Shown here: positions 25,037 to 38,295 of the stretch, piece after piece
How the letters are laid out: every line of letters starts with the position of its first letter
Numbering within the stretch: the stretch's first letter is position 1
NCBI GenBank assembly: GCA_030704615.1
Contig: CM060731.1
Span: 27,776,001-27,840,000, forward strand
Source of the DNA: Takakia lepidozioides
Lineage: Eukaryota > Plantae > Bryophyta
Direction of reading: 5' to 3'
Length of the DNA stretch: 64,000 nt
Notes under the pieces: generated by a model
Database searches by the model: none
What the model was told of the DNA's origin: nothing
The model's input: only the letters and a program-made list of their open reading frames with translations
Position numbers and translations under genes: made by a program

Positions 25037-25551
25037 GAACGAAGCATTCCTTCTGTGCCAATGAGTTCAGATGATATCCCGATCGCCTGACCGCTATGGC
25101 GAAACAGGCTCTGCTTCATACCATTGTGAATGAGAGTTCAAGCTCGGACGAGAACGGCTCCAATAGGGTTCGCACATTCCCCGGAAGATGTGGCACATCG
25201 TCACGGGAAGCAGTTGGTCGCTCCCTCTATTCCAACAAATGGTATGGTGGACGGGAAGTCCAACTTCGACTCAAATTACAACAGTAAATCCACTGCTGCA
25301 AGCAAGGCCCAGTACTGGTCCCCCTTTTGCTGTTTCGTGCTGTCGTCTAACATCAACCCACAAATTTGACACTGACTTGTGATGCTCATGGCTTTGGTAG
25401 ATTCGTTCTGATGTGTTTGAGGCTGTGCTTAAAGCTGTTGTTGCTGGTGGTTGTAGCCTGGTCTATGCGAGGCTGTGGTTGAAGCTATGGCTGCTCAGCT
25501 ACCCACTCATGTTTTTCACAGAAAAATCCAAGATCAGCAGACTTCAGACAC

Positions 25552-28134
25552 ATGTGCTCAAACCAGGTCCTTTGGATTGAGAGTTCGTTGAACCTTACTT
25601 GGGTGAAAGCAGAGCTAGCTGACATGATGCAAGGTCGAGTACAATCTGGTGATGGCTCAAGTATCAATGTACAGCATGGAGAGCACAGCGCAGATTGCAA
25701 CAGGTAATGCTTTTATGAGAATTCAAGGGTGCCAATGCAAAGAGCCAAAGTTGGTGGAGTAGAATTTCCAAATAGATGACTCTGAGGTGTAGTGACCTAT
25801 TTTTGTAGCAAGAGGCCTCGCTATGGTGTTTGAGAATTATCGCGTGCCTGAGTTTGAAGGTTTTCAACTAACAGTTTGAAGTCATGCAGGAAGGCAGGCT
25901 GGAATCAGGCTCAGTTGTTTGTTGGAAATCATAGTGGCGGCAGGGGTAGGGGCCCCAACAGCACCACTACTCCTGAAAGAAGACCAAGAGAGGGACTCAA
26001 TCAGGCCTCTTATGGCATTCGTAGGTATGTGAGGTCACTATGTAAGGCAGGGCGACTGAAAGAAGCGCTGCACATTTTGAACCAACCAGGCATTCATGCA
26101 AACTCCAATACTTATGTCCACCTCTTACGGGAGTGTATCAACTTGAAAGACGTAGCCAACGGAAAGCAGGTGCATGCCCACATCATGCAAAGTGGATTCA
26201 AGCCAAATATCTTTCTACTCAATGCCCTTATCAACATGTATGCCAAGTGTGGGAGTGTTGTGGATGCCCGTCAAGTGTTTGACAAAATGCCTGAACGAGA
26301 TATGTTTACTTGGACTATGATGATAACAGGGTATGCTAAGCATGGGAATGCTGAGGAGGCTTTCAAAATATATGAACAAATGCAACGGGAAGAGGTGACT
26401 CCAGATAGAGTCACATTCATTTGCATTCTCAACGCATGTGCCAGCCTAGGACGCCTGGGAAAGGGCAAAGAGATTCATGAAGACATTATCAAAGCTGGAA
26501 TTGTGCCAGATATCATCCTGGAGAATACCCTTATCGATATGTATGCCAAATGCAGGAGTATGAAGGATGCAAGTCACGTGTTTGACAGGATGACTAAACG
26601 GGACGTGGTCTCATGGAGTGTGATGATTGCAGGATGTGCTCAGCATGGTTGTGGTAGGGAGGCTTTTGAGCTCTATGAGCAAATGCAACAGGAACGGGTA
26701 ACACCCAACAGGGTCACATTCATAAGTGTTCTCAATGCTTGTGCAAGCCTAGGAGCCCTGGAAAAGGGGAAAGAGGTCCATGCTGACATCATCAAAGCTG
26801 GGATTGCAGAATATATTAATCTGGAGACTGCACTTGTCGACATGTATGCCAAATGCGGGAGCATGAAGGATGCGAAAGAAGTGTTTGACGGTATGGTTAA
26901 CCGAGATGTGGTCTCATGGAGTGCAATGATTGCAGGATATTCTCAACATGGTCATGGTGAAGAGGCTCTGAAAGTCTATGAGCAAATGCAACAGGAAGGA
27001 GTAACACCCAACAGGGTCACATTCATCTCTGTTCTTGATGCATGTATTAACCTAGGGGCCCTGGAAAAAGGCAAGCAGGTCCATGCTGACATCATGGAAG
27101 CTAGAATTGCATCTTATATTAATCTGGACAATACCCTCATTAACATGTATGCCAAATGCGGGAGTGTAAACGAGGCTCGTCAGGTGTTCAACAAAATGGC
27201 TAATCGAGATGTGATCTCGTGGAATGCAATGATGGCAGGATATTCTCAGCATGGGTGTGGTAGAGAGGTCTTTCGCCTATTGGAACAAATGTTGGAGGAA
27301 GGCTTGAAACTGGACAGTATTACCTTTCTATCTGTTCTCTATGCCTGTAGCCATCTAGGCTTAGTGCATGAGGGCCAACACTACTTCGATTTCATGTGTC
27401 GAGATCATGGTCTCAAACCTACCATGGACCATTTTGGCTGCATGGTGGACCTTCTTGGCCGTGCAGGGCTATTCAATGAGGTGGAGGACTTCATGAACAA
27501 AATGCCAATAGAACCGGATACTTCAGTGTGGGGGGCCTTGCTTGGTGCCTGCAGAATTCATGGCAATGTGGAGCTCGGTGAAAATGCGGCAAAATGTGTG
27601 ATGAAGTGCAAACCACAGCACCCTGCAGCGTACGTGCTGCTATCAAACATCTATGCTGCGGCTGGTAGGTGGGACGATAAAGAAAAGGTGAGAAAAATGA
27701 TGGAGGATAGAGGTGTGAGAAAGGATCCAGGGCACAGCTGTGTGGAGGTCGACAACGAGGTGCATATATTTACAGTAGAAGACAAAGTACATCCACGGAT
27801 TGAGGAAATCCATGCTGAGCTGAAGAGATTATATGTGCAGATGAAGGATGCAGGGTATGTGCCTGACACACGCTTTGTATTGCGTGATTTGGAGGAGGAG
27901 GAAAGGGAACTTTCTCTTTGCCACCACAGTGAGAAGCTTGCTATTGCCTTTGCCCTCATCAGCACACCTCCCCAGACATCTATTCGTATTATCAAAAACT
28001 TGCGAGTGTGTGGTGACTGCCACACTGCTACCAAGTTCATCTCAAAGATTGTTGGGCGAACAGTTGTCCTACGGGATGTCAACCGCTTTCACCACTTCGA
28101 GGATGGGGTTTGTTCATGTGGAGATTACTGGTGA
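25552..28134 (+). CDS. PLS-class PPR protein with E/E+ and DYW deaminase domain (organellar C-to-U editing factor); probable exons 25552-25703 and 25875-28134
   Basis: Repeated P-L-S motifs, PG box, HHSEKLA, CGDCH, terminal CSCGDYW; GT-AG intron 25704-25874 in phase; true start may lie further upstream. Confidence 0.95.
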
Positions 28135-28957
28135 AACAAGCAACATTCATGATAGCATGGCTTTAAAACTTAGGATGGAATTGTAATTTGGCAGTAGTCT
28201 GATTACCATAGAGTAATCTTGAAAGAACCTTCATTGGATGTGACCATCAGCACGGCACATTCTGGGAGTTGCCCATGGTGATCATCACAATGCAAATATT
28301 GTTTTTATGGAGATAGAGGAACATGATATAGCTGGAGATATCCAGTAGCTTGACATCTGCTCCTTTTCATGGTACAAGAACCGAAGAGGCTTTCAAATCG
28401 TTACCCCGGATCTTGATCCACCACATGCAAGACTTGAGTGCCAGTTTTGGGATGATGAAACAACCATGGGTACTAGAAAGATTCTCACTAACCACAGCTT
28501 CATATATCAGCCCAGCACTTCCTGAGATGATATTTGATACAAAACTTTGAAAGACGTTTACCTTACAGGCAGAGTTCATGCTGCCTGCAACTCTATAGCT
28601 CTATAAACCCTTTCCTTCCCAGTGTGAATTGGCTTATGATCGTCCTCCATGTGGCAAGCAAAGAATTCCTGCTTCTGTTTATGGCTTGAAAGATGCCACA
28701 TGTCAACCAGTCCAGGATCAAACTACCTCACAGCAATTGAAGCTTTTACAAGGACTGAAATTAGCAAAAGGAAAGAACCGAAAAAAAAAAAAAAGAAGAA
28801 AGAGACAGACTTTTGACTCACCCCAAAGCAGGGGAGGGAAAGAGAGAGGCGTGGACTGTGAGTTGAGACTGACTGTGCAAGGCATGTCCAGAGAGTGAAA
28901 AAGAGTGTGGGGTTTCGGCTGACAACGGTGGGCTAGCTGAAGGAGGAGGACAGAGTA

Positions 28958-29179
28958 ATGGGTGCGGTAGAAACTTTGATCATACTGGGAGTAGCGATTT
29001 TGCTGGGGTGGGGTGCAGTTGAGTTGACGTGCAAGCCTTGCCTGCAAACTGGACGCTCCGCATTGAACAGATCGCTGGATCCTGATTATGACCCTGACGA
29101 TGACATTGCCACCCCCTATGTGGAAGCCCCTCGAAAAGACGAAGAGAGTTTCCTAGCAGCCCTAAGAAGCCACATATAG
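28958..29179 (+). CDS. Chloroplast outer envelope membrane protein 7-like (OEP7/OEP14 family)
   Basis: N-terminal TM, GWGAVELTCKPCL and acidic SLDPDYDPDD typical of the family. Confidence 0.8.
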   Translation: MGAVETLIILGVAILLGWGAVELTCKPCLQTGRSALNRSLDPDYDPDDDIATPYVEAPRKDEESFLAALRSHI

Positions 29180-32100
29180 GCCAAAGCAGTGTGTGACAGA
29201 CCGAGGTGACAGGTAGTAGGTGACAGGCAGGAGTTGTAGTAAGATTCCTGTAGCGGATGCTTCCATTTCAAAATGTGGATGCTTGTGGGAATATCTGCAA
29301 GAGCTTTGGACCGTTATATCTCATTCTACAGCGATGACTTTTGTTTTCATTGTTTTCTCCACCCTTGGTAAGTCATCTCACTCTCTATGATTAGTGGATC
29401 AAGAAATTTCAGAGTTTTTGAAAGGATGACCGAGTTAGGACACTGTGGGTCATAGCCAATGTACCATCATAGCCATGAGGATACGGGTACATTGTGCGTC
29501 ATCACGGGAAGAGTACACCTCCCGCTCGGCGAGACTGCCTGTTACTATGACAGTCAGTAGGTGGAGGCCGGGTTCTAACCTGCTCCATCCCCCTCCTTTG
29601 CAGAAGGCAAATGGAGCACAGGCCAGGCCCCTCTATCCTCTCTGCTTTTTTTTTTCCATCTGGCTCTTGGACGATGTAGATGCAGTCAGGCTTTGACGTC
29701 CCGGTTGCCCAAGACGTCCCGGTTCCACGGAACACAGCCATGACATTGACCCATCCTCCGAGCTCAGGCATCTATCTACCTCCCGGCTACTACCCTTTTA
29801 CATTTGTCTACTGATGTTTGGGACCTTTTACAACACATTTACAAAAAAAGTCATGAATGTTCGTCGGCATCTTTAAGAAAAATCGGCCTCTATCAAGTTC
29901 AAGAACCAGTGCGAGCAAGGAGCTGGTCCACCGCCATTTAATGGAGACAAACAAGGTACAGCTCCAAGCTCCTACGCCAGCATTTTGGTGTGCTTCAGTT
30001 CCTCACCCTGCCGTTTCTCCTGGTCGATCAACTGGAGACGTGTAACAACAACAGTCGAAATTAGCGATCAAATCAAGCTTGCCATCGAGATAGATTGATC
30101 ATAAAGTATCGAGGAGGTTACGTATGCACAAAAACTTTGTTCTGGCAGTGAACTGCAAGGTAAAGTTCTAGCGTGAATTAATCTACGTGATGTATCCGTG
30201 GATGAGAATGAACGTCATCGGCATCTGAGCAACCGAGGAGCAGCTTAAAGGCCTTACCATATAGCTTGGAAGGCCACCAAGTTGCGCTGATAAACATACA
30301 CTACTCCTGAAACAACACCTGTCCATAGCATGTGAGGGAGATGTGCCAGAAATGCTAGTATTCTTGTTTGATCTGCATTATATCGGGATCTCGAATAATT
30401 AGTAATTTACACACAGCATATCCCGTTTCTTGTTTCATGTAAGCAGACCTGCAAAATATGTACTTAAGGCCTCTGCAGAATATTTCTGCTGGTATGCATT
30501 ACTCCTTACAAATTGAGACAAACCTAATATTCATGATCTCGGTCTTAAGGACATTTCAGTTTTCATATGAATGAGAAGGATGCATAAACTCGAACTTGGA
30601 TGATCCATAATTTAATACCAGTGAGAATGCCTGAAAGTCGCAGTGCGAGAACGTGAGGGTGGATGATCTTCAGATTGCTGCAAGCATCCCACAAAATTTC
30701 GGTGCTTTCAAAGGCTTGAATGATATCTAGCTCGCTCGGGCTGCCGCTTACTTCAACTTGGAATTATCTTGCACAGAACAATTGAGCCCGGGTATTCTAC
30801 ATACTAAAGTTCGATTCAGCACTGTTAAAGATAGAGCGAGAACTTTCTAAACGACCGGGATATGATCCTTGATGATCATTAGACAAGAATGGTGAGGCTT
30901 ATGTACACAACAAATAATTTATTGGCTGACCGCACAATTCAAGAATAACCCGGTGTACATATTATTATTTGTTCTATAGTATATGTGGAGGACTTCCGCT
31001 CTCAGAAACTAACAGAGCTCTGAGCTCAGTGTAGATAGTGCATATCAGAGAGAAACAATGGTCGTTCAGGGCCGGTACTATCTAGAATGATGAGACTTCT
31101 TGAAAGTTTTCTTCCACGGTGGACTGGTCATAAAATTAATCTAGAAATATGAGGGCAACAGGCTTGCGCCTTGCAAGTGACGGTAGTACCATATGTTGTC
31201 GATGTCAATTGATGTCGGCTTCATCTGGTTCAGTTTTGCACGCATCGTGGCTGCTATCCTGAAGGGACCAGGGGAATGTTTACATAACAACATTACACTA
31301 CACATCGTTCAACTGGTGGTCTAGCTTAAAAGTAGATGCAAAGTCTAGATCTCCAGATCATATGATAAATCGGTCTCCAACCTCCAAGAATGCATCACAT
31401 CGACCTACTGAGAACTGCACTTACATAGACCTGTCTACTTTTTGGGACTCTTGTACAGAAATACTACTTTTGTAAGATCTCTGCTCAGCTTCTTTAAAAT
31501 ATCTGCCGACATTACCACTGATCTCAATGCGTCATCTGTTTGGAACTTACCAGATTTGTCCCAGGGGCTTCTTTTTGCCAGAGAATTGATCAAGAATGTA
31601 AATGGCAACAAAGGAAAGAAACAGAAACAAGAAACGGAAGGGGTGGCAAGAGAGGGCCAGGATGTCCATTGCGAGAAGGGACGCGAGGGATGTCCGATTG
31701 AGAAGAAGTTATGAGCGATCTCCAGCGTGGCGGGGCAAGAAAAGAGGACGCGCGACGCAGAAAGTAATTGGGAGGACCAAGTTATATGTCAACTTTGCCC
31801 AGTGCTTTCCATCCGTCCAATCATCGACTCCTTATCATCCAACCCACAATGAAAGTAAGGGTTCCAAGTCTTGGCGGGGGTTATTATGAAGGTCCACAGC
31901 AGAGAGTGTGTGGCAGCAGCCAATAGCGGGGCTTGCCATGGGGTGGGCCTTGGAGAAGCGGAGCAGCCTTCTGTTAGGGTCCACAATGCTAATAAGTAAT
32001 AACCAGTTCCTCCTCTCCTCAGCGACACCACAATGGACTCACTAAGGCCCGCTTAGAAGTTTAAGGGCCAGGAAGTAACAGCAAAATAAGCAACCTGTCC

Positions 32101-33299
32101 TCAAATAGAGTTATTATGTCTGTCGCCCTGAGATACTATTATTGATTAACTGTTATGGTTCAAGTACATGGGGGTGCCTTTCAGACTTGCTTGTCACTTC
32201 CCCAAATCATGGGGCTTCTACCAGTAGAAGGATAGAGCGCAAGCATTTGCCCACAGATGGACAAATATTGAAGCTGCTTATGACGACGACGACGGGAGAC
32301 CACTCGTGCTCCCGTCGTCGCATCCCTCGATGACATATGCCCCTTTGTTTCATTAGGGGGAATTGGAGATAATATTGGAGAGGTTGTTCTTCCCCTGAAC
32401 GTTTTTGGTTTGTGAGTCACGTCTATCAGCACTTTGTTGGTGTCTTCCACGTCATAGGGTTGTTATATGAAATCTACAGATGAATATTTGAAACGAAGAA
32501 AGCAGAGTCTGTATACTATGAAACCTTGAGACAACACATCTTTCTCAAAACCCAGCTCACCTTGGTCTTTTCTGGGACAAAATGGGATTCAGCCAAATTT
32601 GCAATATCTGGTCAGGACTCTCTTTCAGGAATCAGTCCTACGATATTAGTAGGGAACGTTAGAGCAAAGCAAGGCTATGACAAAATCTTGGCATCAATCC
32701 CTCCGCTTTGGCTTCATACCCTGTAAGTGGGACCTATCCAGCCCACACGCAACTTCTGGGCCCTCTGCATTTTAAACAATCAGCTTGAGCACCATCTTAT
32801 TCGTTCAACATGCTGACAGCCATCACCTAACAGCCTTCCCTTCCCTCATAGACACAATCGCCATGGTACTCAGCATTTGTTGTACTCAGCCCCAAACACT
32901 CTCTCCCCTCTCTCTCTCTCACCAGTTTGCATCTGCTGCTGGTCAACCCTCTCTAAAGAAATGGATCCCCAGCCACCTCCTAGCATGTCCACTATGACTT
33001 GGTCTCAACCATTTGTATCTATCTCTGGTAGACCCTTAGCTGAACTCCAGCTTGATCCCAATGAATGGTATGGTCGTGCAGATTCACAATAGGTTTGCAT
33101 AGGTCTTTGTCATATCAGCCACCCTCAGATTCATACTTTCCTTCCCCAGGGCATAGAGAAAAACCTAAGTAACTAGTACGTTACTGGTTCTTTGATGTAG
33201 CAGCAAGGGCTGCCAGAGAGGCAGGACTGCCACAAGGACAATAAAGCAAGAGAACATTTACTGCACGGTAAACAGAGAAGCAAGCCATCTTGAATCCTG

Positions 33300-33725
33300 A
33301 CCTGTCCGAGTATGACCACTTTCACAGCTTCGAAAGGACATATGGTGAATGCATTGAACACCATTGTGGATAAATGGGGAATTTTCCAGCTATCTCCTGG
33401 CCCATGAACTTGGCAAGCTTCTCCATGCATGGTCTATTAACTTCCCCTGGCAAGGCCTCCACCCAGCTCTGTTCCACTAGCAGCTTCCCCAACTCCGGGC
33501 ATGGCATCCCAGCTCGGGCTGCATCTCCAAACAAATTTCGACAAAATGGGTGTCGGACAGAATCAACCACCCTCGATGATTAGGAAAGGCTTCAACTTCG
33601 TTCATTGTACCCGCATCACTTATGAACAGAGACGGAAAGACATACCTCGCGACTCTTCCATGCCATCTGCGCACAGTCTCAAGTTTCTCTTGGCCCGCGC
33701 AGCTGCTTTATTTATCTCCATTCTC
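33300..33725 (-). pseudogene. Uracil-DNA glycosylase (UNG) 5' fragment with intron
   Basis: RMEINKAAARAKRNLRLC; LLVEQSWVEALPGE...IYP; frameshift; VFNAFTICPFEAVKVVILGQ then a GT donor; downstream DPYH exon not found. Confidence 0.8.
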
Positions 33726-33745
33726 CATTACGCGTGAGATGGAGA

Positions 33746-33853
33746 CCCCCCAACTCGTCGTCCCTGCCAAGCCAAACACGGCGCTCCTCCCCCAACACGT
33801 CGTCCCTGCCAAGCCAAACACGGCGCTCCTCCCCCAACTCGTCGTCCCTGCCT
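33746..33853. repeat. ~39-bp tandem repeat (about 2.7 copies) joining PPR and UNG fragments
   Basis: ccccaactcgtcgtccctgccaagccaaacacggcgctcct units. Confidence 0.9.
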
Positions 33854-33854
33854 G

Positions 33855-34240
33855 GGTCAGCTCCAAAGCATTCCTACCACACCGATGCTTGATAAAACCT
33901 GCCATCATTATATTCCACGTAATCAAACAACATTGAGGTATTATGTTGAACACTTGGTGAGCATCCACAATGCTCTCACACTTAACATACATGTTGACAA
34001 GGGTGTTGTGTAGAAAATCATTCCACTTTGGATTTTGTACTAATGAACTAATGAGAGACAGACATAAATATCTGAACCTGCTGCAATGCCTGCTTGGTGT
34101 AAAGTCTGTAGAGCCTCTTCTGTACCTTGCAAGAGACAGACACAAGTATCTGGATATGCTGAATGACTCTTGGTTTAAAGGCTGTAGAGCCGAGCCTCAT
34201 GTACCTTGCAAACTCCAGGGAGAAAACCTTGTGCATCTTA
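33855..34240 (-). pseudogene. PLS-PPR gene fragment
   Basis: FLHNTLVNMYVKCESIVDAHQVFN...ITWNIMMAGFIKH = S and P motifs. Confidence 0.75.
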
Positions 34241-34804
34241 CTTCCATGCCTGCTCAGGAAGAACAACCTGCCGCTGCTGCTTCTACTTCCAGTTGACCAT
34301 CTGCCCACGCAAGTTTATTATAGCTATGGATCCACATGGAATCAATTTTATGCTTGAAATCCAGCCCTCTCGGACAACTTCAGCTATCTCTGCCTCTGCA
34401 CCGATCATGTATAGATCCTTACTTGAACCTTAAACCCAGAAGAGGCATAAAAGACACCTTCTCTTCCTCCTCTTTTGGAAGCTCTGGTCATGGTCGAGGT
34501 GCCTGATTTTGTCAACTGTGTTGCTGCTATTGCTGATTCCAGTTGACCATCTACCCATATAGGCTTCTTCTAGCTTGAAATTCTCCCTCTTGGATGAATT
34601 TGGAACCACACTCTATCCCTAGTGCCACTGCACAAATCATGTGTACAAAGTGCTTGAAAATTCAAGCTCTAAACTACAAATATATGCAGCTCACACAAGA
34701 GGGCTTGTTGAGTGAGGGTTGGTTCAATACTCCTTGGGTGAAAGGAAAACTAATTGCCATCCCAAAAGATCCAGAACAGTCCAGTGATTGTGAAAGATAT
34801 CAGG

Positions 34805-36610
34805 CTACGGCCGGAAGCTCACATAATGTGAAGTCTGTTGGTGGGCATGCACACAATGTCCTTGGCAAAGGCCATGCCAAGTTAAGACTAAATGGTTCAA
34901 TAAAGAAAATATCTGACGTTCTTTACGTGCCTGGCATAAGCTCACATGGATGTCAAAACCTCGTTCTTGAATGGCGAATTGAAAGAGGAAGTCTTTATGA
35001 GACAACCAGAGGGATTTCAAAAGCCAGGTCATGAAACTAAGGTATGTAAATTGTTGAAGGCACTTTACGGCCTCAAGCAAGCGCCAGGTGCTTGGTATGC
35101 AAACATCGATTCCTTCCTTCAATCTCAAGGTCTTAACCGCTCCGGTGCAGATTACAATCTCTACTATTACAAAGAGAATGGCAAGGTTGTTTTGCTAATT
35201 CTCTATGTAGATGATTTACTGCTAACTGGCAGTCATTCAGAAAAGATAGCCTGGCTGCGCGAACAACTCAAGCTTGCTTACGATATGACTGATCTTGGCC
35301 TCATACAACTATATTTAGCAACTGAATTTCTTCATCTCAAAGAAGGCATTATGATCACTTAGAGGGGGTATGTTAAGAAATTGCTTGCAAAATTCGGATT
35401 CTCTCATTGCAATCCACATAAAGTGCCTATGATCGAGAATCTCAAATTGTCAATTGACATGGGCACTCCACTTTCAGATGCAACACTATATCGAAAAGTA
35501 GGGAAACTTGTTTATTTGACGAACACCATACCCAACTTGGTGTACTTGGTTGGAGCAGTGAGTCGTTACATGGAGGTGCCACAGAAGGCTCACATGGATG
35601 CGATCGATCACATCCTAAGATACGTAGCTGGTACAGCGGATTATGGGATCTTTTATTGAAGGGGATCATGTACTTTGCTAAATGGTCACACAGACGCAGA
35701 CTGGGCGGGTGAGAGTGATAATCGACACTCCATTTCAGGATGTCTTCAGAATGCGAGAAAGTGCAATCACTTGGAGCTCCAAAAAACAGCCAACTGTGGT
35801 GTTGTCGTCCACAGAAGCTGAATACCGCGCACTCATTGAAGGTGCCAAGGAGACCACTTGGTTGCGAAGATTGTACGAGGAATTGGGTATTATGAAGGAT
35901 GGACCAACTGTGATCAAATGTGACAATCAGAGCAGTGCAAAGATTGCTCGAAACCCGGTTTTCCATGCTCGCATGAAACATATTGAAGTACACTATCACT
36001 ATATCCACGAGAAGATAGAAAATGAAGAAGTAGATTTGATTCATGTGGCCACACAAGATCAGGTCGCTGATATTATGACTAAACCATTAGGAAGGCAAAC
36101 GTTTGAGAAATTTAGAGTGGTGTTGGGTGTTTGTAGTCTGTCTGAGATCAGCAACAAAGAAAAAGAATTTGGTTGACAGAATACCCTAGAGAAGATGCTA
36201 AGATTGAGAGGGGGTGTTAGAAAATTAGTGACTCTCTCAGCATAGGGCCCACTCGTGAGGTGGCCTCCCCTGTAGTATTTAGTTCAATTTAGTGTTAGTT
36301 AGTTGGCCATCCAGGTTTCTAGGCTTTCCCCACCCACCATTGTTTATTACTAGTTAATGCACTCCTTCAGATAAATAGGTTGCCTTCTAAGGGCTTTGTA
36401 TTCCGGCTGTAGTGTTCATGCTTAGTAACGCATTCAGGATGTTTTAACAAGTTCTGATTCTGGTGTATATGTTGGAGCTCATTCGAAGCTTGCAGATGAA
36501 AAAGAGTATGACTCAAAGTGATCTGACTAGTAATATTATAATACCAGAGTTCAGTGAAACTCCCTCACACTCCTCCACATCCTACATGAAGAAAGCTCAC
36601 CTTATCAACA
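34805..36610 (+). mobile_element. Ty1/Copia remnant (protease-region fragment fused to RT-RNase H, PPT and 3' LTR)
   Basis: SDVLYVPGI joined directly to [11 protein letters not shown]; LYVDD; WSSKKQPTVVLSSTEAEY; PPT GAGAGGGGG at ~36206-36214. Confidence 0.92.
36215..36610 (+). repeat. Copia 3' LTR (TGTT...AACA, 396 bp)
   Basis: Starts right after the PPT; end inferred from the inverted terminus. Confidence 0.7.
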
Positions 36611-37344
36611 CTGCAGTCCAACCATTGTGAAGGATCTTCAAAGAACTGTTGTCTGTGCTGTTCTATGCTGTGGGGCTGACGGTTGAAGATTATACGCAGC
36701 ATGGCCAGCATTTCTTCCTGAGTTCACCATTACTCTCTAGGTCTCCCATCACTCTCCTTCTCGTTCTTGGAGCCTTGGACTCATTTTTCAATCCTCATTG
36801 AGCCGAAAGGCTGTTGTTTGAGTGCCTTCACTCCTCCTTCCGGAGCAACCCAGCACAGTGTTGCACAGCCTCCCTTTGCCTCTCAGATCATACCAGGATT
36901 AGCCTCCTAACACGACGACATGAAACCACAAAAGAGAAGCTCACAGATTGAACCCACAACCGTCGTGCAGCCTTGCCCAACCCTCTATCAAACGACAAAC
37001 TAATAAGGCCCATAAGATAAATGAAGCTTGTGAACCACAAACGTGGAAATCACAGTAGAAGGAGACAAAATTAACCAACAAATGCTAATCAGTTTGTGCA
37101 CAATTTCACAATTTAAACCCAACTTGCACAGTCACCACAACAAACCTCCGTAGGGTACAAAAAAGAAAAACGAAGAGATTCCTAGTCATTGTGTTGAAAG
37201 CTCCTGCAGCTTCAGGGAAGCAAGCAAGCTGACGGGCACTGGGAAAACGCGTGATGGTCAGACCTCTGCTTGTCTTTATTACTCAGAACGCCTTTGTGGA
37301 CGTAGAGCGGCGGAGTACACAGCGGAAAGGAACCGCAAACTGGC

Positions 37345-37600
37345 AGTGCCTCCTCCATGTCCATCCGATGCATCCATATTAACCCGGTGCCTCCTCCATG
37401 TGTTTCATGTTAATCCGGTGCCTCCATGTCACCCGATACCTCCTATATGATGCATCCATGTTAACCCGGTGCCTGCTCCATGTCTCACATGAGTATCCCA
37501 TGCCACCATGTCAATCCGGTGTCTCCATGTCCTTCATGCTCTCTGTCAATCCAATGCTTCGATGTTAAACCAGTGTCTCCAATGTCTACTCGGTGCTTCT
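37345..37600. repeat. Degenerate minisatellite (atgttaacccggtgcctcctccatgt-like)
   Basis: About 6 recognisable copies. Confidence 0.7.
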
Positions 37601-37929
37601 ACCAGTTTTGTCGTTGTGGTTGCCGATGTCGTCGTCGTGTCATGCCAGCATGTCAAGAGCGACGGTTCGATCATGAAGTTAAACCTAATAATTAGTTGTT
37701 CTCTCATGCAAACTTCTCTGCATCGCAATTCACTTGATCAACCCCCCCCCCCAACTAAAAGTACGCAATTCAATTGAACTGCTAAAACTAGCTTGAAAAC
37801 AACCTTAATTTGCAACCTTAATTTGAATTATTAACTACAATTCAATTGAATTGTAAATTTGTAATTCAATTGAATTGTAATCTATAATTTTTAACTTATT
37901 TCTGTATATAATGTATATATGGACATACA

Positions 37930-38295
37930 CCATGTAGACACGAGCACCCTAGACAGGAACATCGTGTAGAAACGAGCACCTTGTGGAAACGAGCGCACTA
38001 CCTTAGAAACGAGCACCGTGTGGACACGAGCGCACCTTAGAAATGAGCAACGGCAGAAACGAGCACACCTTAGAAATGAGCGACGGTAGAAACGAGCGCA
38101 CCTTAGAAACGAGCATCGATAGAAACAAGCGCACCAGCTTAGAGACGAGCACCGTGTGGAAACGAGCGCCGTGTAGAAACGAGCGTACCTTAGAAAGAGC
38201 ACCGCGTGGAACGAACCCGTAGAGAACGAGCACATGTAAAAACGACCGGAGTAGAAAAACGAGCAGAAACGAGCACAGTGGAGAAACGCTCTCCA
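37930..38295. repeat. ~17-bp minisatellite AAACGAGCACCGTGTAG / AAACGAGCGCACCTTAG; more copies at 39070-39160
   Basis: About 20 tandem variants visible. Confidence 0.9.

Noticed and set aside
29400-32900. Short ORFs in this interval
   Set aside because: No motifs, splice structure or similarity I can support
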